Below are positions 1-14,180 of a stretch of DNA of 64,000 nt, in pieces. Every line of letters begins with the position of its first letter. The stretch's first letter is position 1. The notes below the pieces were generated by a model. That model was not told the DNA's origin. It was given only the letters and a program-made list of their open reading frames with translations, and did no database searches. The position numbers were made by a program, and so were the translations under genes. This DNA comes from Octopus sinensis (Eukaryota), in contig NC_043001.1 of assembly GCF_006345805.1 (NCBI RefSeq), positions 128,898,001 through 128,962,000 of the forward strand. The letters are read 5' to 3'.

Positions 1-43
1 ACTCACATGCAGTGCAAAAAGTATGTAAGTATACATACATTAT

Positions 44-79
<36 letters not shown>

Positions 80-336
80 ATATGTATATTTACATGCATA
101 TATGTGTGTGTATGTGTGTGAACATGTGTGCATATGTGTGTGTGTGTGCATGTGTGTATGTATATATATACATATATATATATAAATATGCATGTATATA
201 TGTGTGTGTTTATATATATATGACTATATTTATATATGTATGTCTATAACACACATACAAATATACTGTTGTATACATACATACATATGTATGTGCGTGT
301 ATATATATATATATATATGCGTATATATATATGTGT

Positions 337-386
<50 letters not shown>

Positions 387-505
387 TGAAAAACACACTC
401 ATATATATAAGAGTGTATGTATATGTGTGTGTATATTTATGTATATATGTGTGTATATATATAAATATGTAAATATAGATACACATATATAAGCATATAT
501 GTATG

Positions 506-541
<36 letters not shown>

Positions 542-600
542 TGAGTGTGTGTGTGTGGGTGTGTGCATGCATCTATACACATGCATATACCTGTATATGT
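1..600. repeat. Compound (CA)n/(TG)n/(TA)n microsatellite field
   Basis: Alternating CA, TG and TA dinucleotide runs; source of the YIYI/HTHT ORFs. Confidence 0.95.
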
Positions 601-1164
601 ATCCACAAACTAATGAGTTTCTGACAATTACTTTTATTCTTTTGCATTGCAAAATATCTTTTTTTTTATTTTTGTTTCTGTTTTTCTTTCTTTTTTTTTT
701 TGTTTTTAGTACTCTTAATCAAACCCATGCTATATTAATCCTCAGATGTATATCTTGTGATTTCTTTTCATTTTTCGTAAATTTTATATATTTTTAAATA
801 GAAAATACCATCATATCCTTTACAAAAGAAGTTTCACAAAGATTTTTGGGAGAAATAAGTAAAAATCGTCATTGAAACTAAATCTATTTTTGGAAATGAA
901 TGGAAACCCAAAGACAGGAGGAAAACAAACAAACAAACAAACAAAAATAGCAAAAAGCAAAACAACTCACTCCCCTCAAAAAATAAAGCACAAATAACAC
1001 TAACAAATATATATAAAATTCATTAAAAATAATTAAAGACAAAACAATGGTTTAGTTCAGTTTCGATTAGTTAAGTTTAAGTCAGTGTTGTTGGTTATTT
1101 ATATATAATTCATTAGGTTTTTGATTATATTTTTTTCCTTTTTGTAAGTTTGTTGTGTTGTTTT

Positions 1165-1400
1165 TCATGTTTTTATGTTGCTTTCTTGAACATTCTACAA
1201 AGTCAAGCAGAAACAAAGGTATGAGAAAAGCCAGGTATGAGAAAGAGTGATTCCACCATGCATGTCATTGTGTAACGGAATCATCTATTTTTGTACAGAA
1301 ATTGGTAATGAGACGCTTGTCATTTTAAAGAGTGTGTGTATGTATGTGTTTATACATACATATATACATACATGCATGCATGCATACATACATGCATACA

Positions 1401-1432
<32 letters not shown>

Positions 1433-1617
1433 CATACATACATACATATATTACATACATACATACATATATAAGTATGTATATAGATAGTGAATATATG
1501 TGTATATGGGTATATATATATAATATATATATATACATATGTAAATACACATACACACATATGTGTATATATGTATGTATATATACTTATATAGAAATAT
1601 ATACATATATATGCATA

Positions 1618-1680
<63 letters not shown>

Positions 1681-1930
1681 ATATAATATATATTTATTTA
1701 TACACATTCTTACTGGATTGCTCGAAGGCGTCTGCATAGAATCTATAAAGTCGGCAGAGAGAGAGAAAGAGGGAGAGAGAAAGAAAGAAACCTACAAAGA
1801 GAGAGAGAGAGAGAGAGAGAGGGAGGAAAAAAAAAACTGAATTACCACATCGAAATTTACCTGAATGCCGTAGGACAGTCTGTGAGCAATCTTCACAGCA
1901 AAGAACATGGCTTATCACGAATCTCTGTGA
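1165..1930 (-). CDS. Candidate terminal exons of an unidentified minus-strand gene (1930-1861, 1742-1714, 1194-1165)
   Basis: GT-AG sites (CAG|GTAAAT, TTTATAG|, CCA|GTAAGA, TTGACTTTGTAG|) with pyrimidine tracts splice in frame to [42 protein letters not shown]. No homology recognised, and the sites were chosen post hoc. Confidence 0.22.
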
Positions 1931-2879
1931 CTTGCAGGAAAAATTTTTCATTCTATTTATTATACTCTATCTATTTATCAATCTATTTATTTTTTCCTCT
2001 CTTTATTTCTCTCCCCCTCTCTCTCCATCTCTTGCTTCCTCTGTCTCTTTCTACTTTCACTTTCTCTCAAATGCTATAATGCCATGGTGCACACATGAAA
2101 GACTGCATAATTGCGAATAATCTACATTGACGTTTGTAGATATCATCGAAGATAAGTTTCTCATTCAACACGCGGGTGAAAAAGGAAAAGGGAAATTTTG
2201 CTGTTGATTATTTTATGTTATGTTTTGTCTGTTGTTTTGTTGTTTTAGTTTTGTGTGTATATGTTTTCATTAGTTTCCATATTTTTACACTTTTTTTTTA
2301 TTTTAATTCTTTAATTCAGGAAATAGACTTTAAGTCGATATATATATTTTCAACAAAAGTTTCCTACAATGCTATCTTAATTTTCATGGAGTCAGTTGAA
2401 GAATGAACAATTTGAAAAAGGATGCATTGACAACAAAAGATAACCTGATATCGATAAGCTACATTCAGTTCGAAGTAAGATATATTCTTTCTCGATATTG
2501 CTTCATCATTCAAGACAACTTTACGCATCTCATTGATGAGCTATTGTTGTAGAAGAAGGGGAGGTAACTGAAACCTTACAAAACTTTTGGCAGATGCCAG
2601 AATAAAAAATAAATAATAAATAAATAAGTAAATAAGGAAGAAGGAAAAGAGGTTTCCAAAACAAAACAAAACTTCATGAGAACATTACAAGTACATAGAC
2701 GCATGAACACATACATATAATTCACATTTAATATATGGTAATTGTACACGTATCTCTTTTACCGAAGCTTTAACATAATGCGTTGAATGTTTATATCTAG
2801 ATAGAGAGATATCTAGATTGGTTGGATAGATGAACTGGTGGATAGATATAGAGATAGGTGGAAGTAGAGTGATAAACAG

Positions 2880-3026
2880 AATGGTAAGAAGCTTGCTTCC
2901 CAACCACATGGATCTCAGTTCAGTTCCACTGCGTGGCACCTTTGGCAAGTGTCTTCTACTATAGCCTCAGGCCAACCAAAGCCTTGTGAGTGGATTTGGT
3001 AGATGGAAACCGAAAGAAGCCAGGTC
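2880..3026 (+). mobile_element. SINE family A, 5' half
   Basis: Matches head and core of the full-length copies (ggtaagaagcttgcttcccaaccacatgg...gccttgtgagtggatttggtagatggaaac). Confidence 0.85.
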
Positions 3027-4261
3027 ATATATATATCTATCTATCTATCTATATATATATATATATATATAATATTATTATATAGAAGGAGCTTCTACAG
3101 GACTAGTACTGTTTCATTCAAAATCTTCTATTTTACTCTGCTATGTATTGAGTACCTTACTTACTGTGGTTAACCCCGATAACCGGGACCTACATATATT
3201 ATATATATATATATATATCTATATCTATATATATCTATCTATATTATATCTATCATATATATATCTATATATAGATATATATAGATATTATATGTATAGA
3301 TATATATATATAGATAGATATATATAGATATATATATATAGATAGATATATATATAATATATAAATATATATATATATCTATATATATCTATCTATATAT
3401 ATATATCTATACATATATATATCTATTATACTATATATATATATATATCTATATATATATATATAATCTATATATATCTATATATATATATCATATATAG
3501 ATATCTATATATATCTCTATATATATATCTATATATATATATTATCTATATATATCTATATATATAATATATATATCTATATATATATATACATGTGTTT
3601 GTCCAGGATAGGACTACACAGCCACAGCAGGAAATGTATCAGGACATGAAATATAAAAGCCGGACTAGACTACTTTATGCGCAACTCCATTGTCTCTCAA
3701 GACAGAAAGGATGCCAACCAATATACATATATATATATGCTTTTTATGTGCCACCTGCACAGGGGCCAGGCAAGGCTGGCAACGGCTATGATCGGTTGGT
3801 GCTTTTTAAATATATATGTACAAGTATATCTTTTTGGAATAAGATCTCAAAGTACACATAAAACTATAAATAAAAGCATGTAAATATTAGTTTGGAAAAC
3901 TTTTTGGGACAGAAAAATCCCGAATGCTGCCTGTGAGATGACAGAAGCAGGTTCAAATCCACAAGAGTTTTTTCAACCTAATATTTACATGCTATTATAG
4001 TTTGCGCATGCTTTGAGACCCACTGTTCCACAAAGAATTTTTTCGCATTTCATATTCTCTCTGAGTTAAGAAATTTTTATGATGTCAACAACAACAACAA
4101 CACACACACACATCAAATCTTGAATCAAGGTGCTCAGAAATCTAAAGAGGATTCTATACTAGTTTGCTTTATACAGGATGTAAACATCAATCATTTGAAG
4201 CTCAGTGTTTCGAGTAAAGTGGAAATATATATATTTAATGTATCATTTATCGTTTATATTT

Positions 4262-4995
4262 TATGTCTTACTTGTTTCAGTCATTAGACTGTTGGTCATG
4301 CTGGAGCACTGCCTTGAGGAATTTTAGTTGACTGAATCGACCCCACTACTTTTTAAAAAATGTGGTACTTATTTTATGGGTCCCTTTTGCTGAACATACC
4401 AACATTGGTTGCAAAATGATGGTGGGGGACAAACACAGGCACAAACACACACACACACGCACGTGCAACACACACACACACCACACACACACATGCACGC
4501 ATGCATACACACACATACACACACACAAACACACACACACACACAACACACACGCACACACATACACACACACACACATACACACACACACACACAATGG
4601 GTTTCTTCCAGTTCTGTTAATCAAGGCTATAGTAGAACAATGCTTCTCAAACTATTTGATGTTGGATACTGGCAGTTTTTTTTTTCCAATATGCCAGGGA
4701 CCGATAATATTTCTTAGTAATATTAATTTATATCAGAATCAATATATATAATGAATATAATAAATTGGCAATTTTAAAAAATCTTATATTTACTTTGTAA
4801 ATAAATAACAGAATGTTACATAAGCATTTTATAATGTTTCTTTTCTGGAAACGTGCCATGTACTAGCAGCTGATGGCTCGCAGACTGGCACCAGTCCACG
4901 GACCACCACTTTGAGTAGCACTGCAGTAGAAGACGCTTGCCCAAGGTACCATGCAGTGGGACTAAACCCAGAACCATGTGGTTGGGAAAAATCTG
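4262..4995 (-). mobile_element. Old SINE family A copy interrupted by a (CA)n expansion and a hAT MITE
   Basis: Tail motif ttacttgtttcagtcatt at 4268; head motif cttgcccaagg...gggactaaacccagaaccatgtggtt at 4935-4990. Confidence 0.75.
4638..4923. mobile_element. hAT-superfamily MITE
   Basis: Imperfect TIRs CAATGCTTCTCAAA / TTTGAGTAGCACTG; 8-bp TSD tagtagaa (4630-4637) / cagtagaa (4924-4931). Removing the insert restores the SINE consensus ggctatagtagaagac. Confidence 0.8.
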
Positions 4996-5030
4996 CATAT
5001 ATGTACATCTCTCTCTCTCTCTCTCTCTAT

Positions 5031-5208
5031 GAGTGGCTGTGTGGTAAGTAGCTTGCTAACCAACCACATGGCTCCGGGTTCAGTCCCACTGTGTGGCATC
5101 ATGGGCAAGTGTCTTCTGCTATAGTCCCGGGGTCGATTTGATCGACTAAAGGCGGTGCTCCAGCATGGCAGCAGTCAAATGACTGAAACAAGTAAAAGAG
5201 TAAAAGAG
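5031..5208 (+). mobile_element. SINE family A with internal deletion
   Basis: Head joined directly to the 3' module at ctatagtcccggggtcgatttg; the middle ~200 bp is missing. Confidence 0.9.
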
Positions 5209-5474
5209 TATATATATATACATATATATATATTAATATAAATATTTGTTTTTATGTATAGTTGTATATAAAAATATTCAAACATTAACTGAAGGATCGT
5301 TCAGTATATATTTAGGCAGGGTATCATCTTTATATCATCAACTGAACCAAAACTTTGGAGTTACTTTTTCTTTGAGAGAGAGAGTGATAAAAAAGTGGAT
5401 ATATAGACAGTCATATGAATAGCTAGATAAATAGATAAATATATCGATAGCTAGATAAGCGTAAATAGACAAAT

Positions 5475-5542
5475 AAATGTTTATAGAGAGACAAATGTTT
5501 ATAGAGAGACAAATGTTGATAGAGAGACAAATGTTGATAGAC
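5475..5542. repeat. 18-bp minisatellite (aaatgtt[t/g]atagagagac) x~4
   Basis: Direct tandem copies visible. Confidence 0.9.
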
Positions 5543-6484
5543 AAAACAGTATTTCAATGTATAGATACAGAAGCAAATGAATATGATCAAAGGCATTGCA
5601 GCTGTGATCATCCAATCTTTTTAGGGGACTACTTTATCCAGAAGTCTTTTAACAAGCTTAGCTAGGGGAAAAAGAGAGTCCAAAGTCTCTCAGTCAGGCT
5701 TGAACATTTATCTGTATTCACAGACCTGGACAAGGTATATGGTGTAATACTGGCAGTTGCCTATGAATGCAAGTCTTTTGTCTCCATGCCACTAACATAG
5801 TTCAAAGGGAAGGTCATTACTCTAGGACCAATGAAACATGGGACCAATGTTATTTCAAACACTGCTGTCAGAATGTAAAAAAAAACAGATGAGGTACAGC
5901 AGGGCTTCTCTTCAAAATACTTTTGTAATTCTACCAATCCACCATTCTGGATTAGTGCCCATGCTTTGATCTCAATCTTGAGAGACTGATAGAATAAGTA
6001 CTAGGCTTGCAGAGAGTAAGTCCTAGGCTTGATTTCTTCAACTAAAACTGTTTAAGGCGGTGCTCCAGCATAGCCACAGTCAGATAACTGAAACAAATAA
6101 AATAATAGTCTGCTAATACACTTCTTATTTCTTTAAAAAAGGTCTCTCTTTATAATTTAGAACATGGCTTAAATTTTCCAAATTTTATTGGCAGGTTTAG
6201 AGTTTCTTTTTCCTAAACAATAATAAATTAAACAACACACACACACACACACACACACACAAATATACACATGGTATTGTCTTATCCAGTAATGAAACTG
6301 TTGTTTTTTGGTTTCTGTGTACTGGCAAAGAGAAATCTTTTCTAACAATAGTGTAGAAAACGAATTTCTCATTAAAATTTGGTAAAAAAAAGTTTTTTTT
6401 AGATAAAATAATAAATCTTTAAATGAAGAAAAGAAACAAAATAACATCACCACAACTATGACTACAATTAGTAGTAATAGACAC

Positions 6485-6524
<40 letters not shown>

Positions 6525-6589
6525 GAAATTCCACTCAAGTATTAATCTAAGTGAAGAGTCATTTGATAATTTTCACCAATTTATCAATT

Positions 6590-6725
6590 AATTAGCTTGC
6601 TTCTGCAGGAGTCATTCTGTTTCATATTGCATACCAAGAAGACATTCTTCAGTGTTGTAGCATTGTCCTGTAGAATAATTGATGGATGGTCTAAGAGATC
6701 AGTTTTTACCAAAATCTCTAGGAAT
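6590..6725 (-). pseudogene. Mariner/Tc1 transposase fragment
   Basis: Minus frame reads VKTDLLDHPSIILQDNATT, resembling the mariner I/LLxDNA second catalytic-Asp motif. Confidence 0.45.
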
Positions 6726-7240
6726 TTCGTTTAGCAAAGCAAATATACTGACATTTAAAAAAAAAAAAAAATAATAAATAAATAAAAATAATAATGGAGA
6801 ACTGAAAATACACAAAAATAAAGATGAGAACAAAACAACTCTAGTAATATAAAACTACAATAGAAGGAACCATCAAACCAATAAAGTAACTTTTAGTACT
6901 CCAGCATGGCCAGAAATGGCACCCCCCCACCTCAATATTAAACTAAACAATAAGGTGGCTCTTGCTTTTGAACATAAAATATGTTTATATGCTTTGTTCC
7001 ATACAGAATGTGAGTGCATATGACCTAGTGGGTAGGGCATTGCACACACAATTGTGAGATGGGGATTTCAATTCTGGGCTAGGTAGTGTCTTGTATTCAT
7101 TCTTAAGCAAAACACTTCATTTCATGCTGCACTGTGATCTCTTCAACATCTTATATGCAGAACATGGTGCACCTGTACTGGCAAGGTTGATTTGATAGAG
7201 GGAGTGTACATAATGTTTATAATTATGTACAATGTGTTAT

Positions 7241-7294
7241 ACTATACTGATGACGGTATTATTATCATCTCTAAACTAGAAATCAGTCTATGGT
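7241..7294 (+). ncRNA. Type I hammerhead ribozyme motif (degenerate helix II)
   Basis: ACUAUA-CUGAUGA-C-GGU...ACU-A-GAAA-U-CA-GUC-UAUGGU: 6-bp helix I, intact core and GUC cleavage triplet. Confidence 0.6.
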
Positions 7295-7878
7295 TAAACC
7301 AAATTTTAAAAAAATCTTTTTTGTTCATTTCCCTCACTTTCAACCCATGCTAATGGAGAAAATAATGTAGTTCTTAGAGCCATTGGGTGTCTATGTCTAG
7401 CATGTGGTGCTACTCATTAGTTCCCTTATTATAATTAACTTTTATAATTAAATATTTTGTGTGTGTGTGTATATATATATATATATACACACACACTCAT
7501 ACATATGGTTAGTAGGAGTCAACACACACATACACACACATTTATACGATAGGTTTCTTTCGGTTTCTGTCTACCAAATCCACCCAAAAGGTTTTGGTCA
7601 ATCTGGTGTTAAGGCAGAAGACAGTTGCCCAAGGTGCCATGCTGTGAGACTGAACCTGAAACCATGTGGTTGGGAAGCAAACTTCTTACCATACATGCAC
7701 CCATAACTATATGATGGCTGAGTATTTCTTCAGCTTGAGTATTTCTTCAGTATTTCTTCAGGAGTTCATCTCTCCTCTGGGAGAAGGCTGGGCTCTACCA
7801 AGATGACATCTATTATTTACTCTGTATGAAGCTGAAGTACTCAGAAATTCATTGGGTCTTATGACTCAACATTATTCA

Positions 7879-8098
7879 TACTCTTTACTCTTTTACTTGT
7901 TTCAGTCATTTGACTGTGGCCATGCTGGAGCACCGCCTTTAATTGAGCAACTCGACCCCGGGACTTATTCTTTTGTAAGCCCAGTACTTATTCTATCGGT
8001 CTCTTTTGCCGAACCGCTAAGTAATGGGGACATAAACACACCAGCATTGGTTGTCAAGCAATGCTAGGGGGACAAACACAGACACACAAACACACACA

Positions 8099-8146
<48 letters not shown>

Positions 8147-8312
8147 TACGACGGGCTTCTTTCAGTTTCTGTCTACCAAATCCACTCACAAGGCTTTGGT
8201 CGGCCCGAGGCTATACTAGAAGACACTTGCCCAAGGTGCAACACAGTGGGACTGAACCCAGAACCATGTAGTTGGTAAACAAGTTACTTACCACACAGCC
8301 ACTCCTGCGCCT
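7879..8312 (-). mobile_element. SINE family A, full length (tRNA-like head)
   Basis: Head aggcgcaggagtggctgtgtggtaag with A-box-like and B-box-like (gggttcagtccc) motifs, central (TA)n, 3' module and (aaaagagt) tail. Confidence 0.95.
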
Positions 8313-8544
8313 CATATATGTGTGTGTTTGTGTATATATATACACTCAAACACCTCATCGCTATTATTTATCTCTTCACAACTCCAACCTGATTCCACAC
8401 AACTTCTTTTCTAAAATATGAGTAGTGATGTTGCTCCCTTACAACAAGAAAACTTGTTTTGCTTTGGTCCTTCCGCTCATAGTTTAACTCCTCGTTTAGC
8501 AGAACACCACTTCCCTTGCAGTTCATTAACTTGCAAGCTGCATG

Positions 8545-8725
8545 GCGACTTCAATGGTGCCATGAATAAAGCACCAACGAAACACTGTTAAGTGGTTGGT
8601 GTTAGGGTATCCAGCTATAGAAACCATGCTGAAATAGACAGAGTGCAGTCTTTGGACCTGTCGGATCCTCCCAAATTGTCCAATCCATGCCAACATGGAT
8701 CATGGACATTAAATGATGCTGATGG
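8545..8725 (+). mobile_element. LINE-derived 3' tail repeat (tggcgttaggaagggcatccagc family), diverged
   Basis: gttggtgttagggtatccagctatagaaaccatgc...tccatgccaacatgg...aaatgatg. Confidence 0.7.
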
Positions 8726-9121
8726 TGTGCCCAAGTGTGTATGTGTACACATACATGCACACACACACACACACTCACCATGGAATGGGCTCCCATAATT
8801 TCCAGCTAGCAAATTCCCTTAAAAGGCATTTGTCAGCAAAAGCTATAAGAGCAGAGACTTGCCCCAAGGTGTTACAGAATGGAAACGAATCTTATATCAC
8901 ATGGTTGCAAAGCAAACCTCTTAATAACATAACAGTTCCACTGCCTGTTCTTAGCAGTTTTGTTTTCATAAAGGAAAACTAAAAGGAAATTATTGAATTG
9001 CCAGCCCCTGGCTCTTATGACTTCTGATTGTAACTGATTGGAAGTGTTATCATGAACATTGTTTTGTCTGGGTATAAAAGATGGGCTACAGCAAATAATC
9101 AGCTCAATACCACAGATTATT

Positions 9122-9333
9122 AAGGTGATGAGCTGGCAGGATGGTTAGAATGCTGGACAAAATGCTTGGTGGTATTTTAGCCGTCACTACCTTCTGAGTT
9201 CAAATTCCTCCAACGTTGACTTTGCCTTTCAGCCTTTTTGCATTGATAAAATAAGTACCAGTTATAGACTGGGGTTGATATAATCGACTCATCCCCTTCC
9301 CCAAAATGGCTGCTCTTGTGATAAAATTTGAAA

Positions 9334-9364
<31 letters not shown>

Positions 9365-9540
9365 GAAGGTGGTGAACTTGGCAGATATGTTAGGATGCTG
9401 GATGAAATATTTAGCAGTATTTTGGCCATCGCTACGCTGAGGTTGACTTAGCCTTTTGTCCTTTACAGGATCAATAAATTAAGTCCCAGTGGAACACGGG
9501 TTGATGCAAATGACTAGCCTCCTCCTCCAAATTTCAGGCC
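9122..9540 (+). mobile_element. Two head-to-tail SINE family B copies linked by (ATT)n
   Basis: gagctggcagga...gagttcaaattcc...gactttgcctttca...aagtaccagt...ctggggttgat; second copy from ~9365. Confidence 0.85.
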
Positions 9541-9560
9541 TTGTCGTCGTCGTCATTATT

Positions 9561-9604
<44 letters not shown>

Positions 9605-9660
9605 TATTATTATTATTATTATTATTATCATCATTATTATCATTATTATCATCATTATTA

Positions 9661-9702
<42 letters not shown>

Positions 9703-9779
9703 CATATTATTATTACTATTATTATCATTATTATTATTTATTATTATTATTATTATTATCATCATTATTATCATTATCA

Positions 9780-9813
<34 letters not shown>

Positions 9814-9948
9814 CATTATTATTATCATTATTATTATTATTATTATGATTATTATTATTATTATTATATCATCATTATTATATTATTATTATTATTATTA
9901 TTATTATTATCATTATTATTATTATCATTATTATTATTACTATTATTA

Positions 9949-9985
<37 letters not shown>

Positions 9986-10005
9986 CATCATTATTATCAT
10001 TATCA

Positions 10006-10044
<39 letters not shown>

Positions 10045-10045
10045 T

Positions 10046-10076
<31 letters not shown>

Positions 10077-10201
10077 TATTATTATTATCATTATTATTAT
10101 TATTATATTATTATCATTATTATTATTATATATTATTATTATTATTATTATCATCATTATTATCATTATTATCATCATTATTATTATTATTATTATTATT
10201 A

Positions 10202-10238
<37 letters not shown>

Positions 10239-10363
10239 CATTATTATTATTATTATTAGTATCATTATTATTATTATCATTATTATTATTACTATTATTA
10301 TCATTATTATTATTATTACTATTATTATCATTATTATTATTATTACTATTATTATTATTATTT
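9541..10363. repeat. ~820-bp (ATT)n/(ATC)n cryptic microsatellite
   Basis: Continuous ATT/ATC triplets between two SINE B copies. Confidence 0.97.
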
Positions 10364-10585
10364 AGGCAGTGAACTGGCAGAATCATTAGCATGCTGGATG
10401 AAATGCTTAACGGTATTTTGCCTGTCACTGCATTCTGAGTTCAAATTCCTCTGAGGTTGACTTTGCCTTTCATCCTTTCGAAGACAATAAAAATTTAGTA
10501 CCAGTGAAACACTAGGATCAATGTAACTGACTGGTTGCCTCCCGCAAAATTTCTGGCAATGTGGCAAAATTTGAAACCATTATTA

Positions 10586-10615
<30 letters not shown>
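10364..10615 (+). mobile_element. SINE family B with (ATT)n tail
   Basis: ggcagtgaactggcagaatcattagcatgc...gagttcaaattcc...ttgactttgcctttcatcctttcg. Confidence 0.85.
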
Positions 10616-10616
<1 letters not shown>

Positions 10617-10819
10617 GAGTTTTTCTGCGGGCAAAGAAACTCACTGTATACATTGATGGGTCATTAAACTAAACACAGCAGATTGTTCATTTTCATAATG
10701 AAATGAAGTTATGTGAGGAAACAAAAATACATGGCTGGTAATCATTCTCACGTTGACAATGCTCTTCTCAATATGTGTGATGTACCAGTTAAAACAATCT
10801 TTTGCACTTTCATAAAAGA

Positions 10820-11375
10820 CACAAGTTGTATGAAGGAGACCAGAAGATGAATAGTGCTGGTAAAATTTGCAAAATTATATAACATCTTGAGAACCTGTAT
10901 TCTGAGCATTAAGACTAGAATCTGTATATTGAACTACTATGTCTACCTTGTATTAATGTATGAAAGTGAGGCATGGTCTATAACATCAGGAATGAGAAAG
11001 TGCTTGGAGAGCTGTGAAATGTGGTTCTTAAGGAGAATATTGAGGAAAGCATGGATAAAGCGTGTAACGAAGAAGTGATGATCCAGACCACAGCAAATAG
11101 GAAACTGCTTCATGAAATAAGGGACATTCAACTGAAATTTCTTGGTGATGAAGAAAGAGGGCCCGGAGAAGATTGACAGAGAAGATTGAAGGAGAAAGAA
11201 GCAGAGGAAAGAGAAGGATGATATGGATGTCAAGCTTGATGAACTGCCTGGAAGAAAGAGGCATTAAACATCAGGATGTAGAACTGTCACAGAAAACAAA
11301 GAACAGAAAATTGTGTCAGGACAGGATTGCCTATGTCCTACATTCTGGATATGGCACATAAAAAGGAAGAAGAAC
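10820..11375 (+). pseudogene. RTE-clade LINE ORF2 C-terminal relic
   Basis: Frameshifted KTRICILNYYVYLVLMYESEAWSIT...LESCEMWFLRRILR...TEKIEGERSRGKRRMIWMSSL...HSGYGT*, a typical RTE C-terminus. Confidence 0.85.
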
Positions 11376-11759
11376 GGTGTGTTCCTGCAGTGTAAAATAT
11401 CTGTCACACTGTGGAAAGTACATGGTAGAAGTGTGTGTGTGTGTGCAATAAAGAGATTCAAATGAACACTACTGACACATACACACATTCATATTAATAT
11501 AAATGCTATTGGCACACACAAACACACATACACAAATGACAATTAACAATTTGTGAGTATTTGTGCTCATAGATACAGTGTTTTTTTTCCAATTATCTAT
11601 CATTCTAATAACTGTGTTCTTAAACTTTGTAAAAGATGTGAAACGGTGTATCCCAGGTACAGGTGTTGCCAACTATTTAATATTAAGTGCTTCTTGAATT
11701 ATTTTATTACTGAAATGAAATTAGGTGGGTTACAGCAGACAGCGATGACAGCAAAAATT

Positions 11760-12050
11760 GAATCAAGGGAGACAGAAAAGATGCAAAGAAAGATTGGGAA
11801 AGCAGCAAAGAGAAGGTGTCACATGATGAAGTTGAAGCCAACAGGGAAAGAATGACAATTCTTAATCAAAAAAAAAAAGAAGGTAAAATATGAATGACAA
11901 TGATAAGCAAAAATATTTTGCACAAGTCAAATGAGAAAACAGGTTAGAAGAGAAAACATGACTGAAGAAAAGAAGACAAGATTTCTGAGAAATTAATCAA
12001 AGGATTATGAAGGAAATGACAGAATATTATAACTGATTGGGGAAATGTTT
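11760..12050 (+). pseudogene. Heavily decayed RTE-like LINE fragment
   Basis: Remnants such as SKEKVSHDEV..ANRER and KYFAQVK*ENRLEE resemble the RTE C-terminal region. Confidence 0.4.
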
Positions 12051-12106
12051 ATGGCTGACTCTGTACCACAAAGTGGACCATGGAATTTCCATGGGTGATG
12101 CTAATG

Positions 12107-12175
<69 letters not shown>

Positions 12176-13928
12176 GTTAGTAACAACAACAATAATTATT
12201 GATAATAATAATAAATAAAACTGAAACTGAAATTCAAACTCTAATCCAAATTTAAATGAAATTGAAATTATAATCTGTTAAAAAAACCAAAAAAAAAACA
12301 CCTTGCATTTATGTTTTTTTATTATTATTATTAAAATAAATTAAAATTTCTGTTTAAAACTACCCTTTTTTTTTGTTTTGGATTTTTGGCAGTTTGATTC
12401 TTCTATCTCCTAAGACTTTGGTTTATGAAAATCTTGACAGTTTTATGAATTTGAGATGCCAAATAAAAGAAAGAAAAAAAGAAACAACTAATAAATAATG
12501 GAAGAAATAAACAACCAAACAAACTTGAATCAAAATTCATGTCTTTCATCAACATCATTGTCATCATTATTATCCTCAACACCACCAATACTATCATCGT
12601 CATCATCATCATTATTATAATGTCCGATTTATGCCATTCCATGCTGGCATGACTTGGACAGATTTGCAATACAACATATAACCACTACAACTATTATGTT
12701 TAATCCAACACACAAATGGGCAATTGAGGATTCTTCAACATGCTTATTTGATTTGCTAGAATTAACAACAAAATTTCTCTTAAATCACACCTTATCAGCT
12801 TAAAAAAACCCCAAAACAACAAAACAACAATCTAATAATAAAGGAAATGTAATATACCCACTGTCTGAAAAAGGAGGTGGAATGGTCACAACTGGAATGT
12901 CTTTGATAATAAATCTGCTAGAGTAGGACTGATCTGGAGCTACACAATAATTCCATACATTCATACTTAATACACACAATCAAATACGCATGCATACATA
13001 TATACATATTCATACACATCCATACATACATATGTATATAGTGATCAAATGTTTGTGTAAACATAAGCTCACTCCTTCCATCAAATTGGCATTACCTGTA
13101 CAGGTGCAACTGGGTGCCACATGTCAGATGTCAAAATGATTGCAAAGCAATGTGAAAATGAAGTGCTTTGCTCAAGAACACAATGCAATGCCCAGTCTGG
13201 GAATATATATAATAACAATTTAATAAATAAAACATATGCATACATACATACATATACTGTATGTACATACCTACATCTATATGTATATATACATGCATAT
13301 ATGAGTACAGGACACCACAAATAAACGTAGAACACAACGAGAAACGAAAACATAAAAATCAAACAAGGAACTTTTTTAACAATGAAAAAACAGAGTACAA
13401 GACAAACAATACAAGGAATATTCCCCTTCATCAGCTGCCCCTGTTTCGACTCAATGCATAGAGGGATGACCATTATGTGGACATCTATATGCTAGAAGTA
13501 GATCCACTATGGTCTTACCACTAAGAAAGGAATGTTCTCAAGAAAATTTTAGCAAACGCCAGAACATAAGCGACCAAGCCAAATGAAAAGAAACAAAATA
13601 TAGATTAATCACAAACTAGTTTCACTATTACCACTTACGTAATTACTTATGTCATTGTCTGGAGCTCGTCAGTGTGATCGTCTTTGCAAATATAATTTGC
13701 AGAACTATACACGAAATGTCTGCATGAGATTGAACATGTATACAGTTCTACCAATTACACTTGGGGTTATCTTTCAAAAATTTTCATTTTGGTGCACTAA
13801 AATACGGGAAATAATTCTGCAGAAAATAAATTTCTGCAGTGAATTTTTCCAGTTAGAGAACATAGTTATTTGAATTTAAATTTAAAATATTTTAAATTTA
13901 GATATTTTAAATTTAAATTTATATATAT

Positions 13929-14129
13929 GTAGGAGTGGCTGTATGGTAAGTACCTTGCTAACCAACCACATGGTTCTGGGTTCAGTCCCACTGCGTGGCA
14001 TCTTGGGCAAGTGTCTTCTGCTATAGCCCCAGGCCGACCAATGCCTTGTGAGTGGATTTGGTAGACGGAAGCTGAAAGAAGCCTGTTGTATATATGTATA
14101 TATATATATATAATATATATATATATATG

Positions 14130-14180
<51 letters not shown>

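Noticed and set aside
13405-13470. Minus-strand GAAAC...CUGAUGAAGGGG in a PLE-like terminal repeat
   Set aside because: Motif order and spacing do not give a valid hammerhead topology in this copy.
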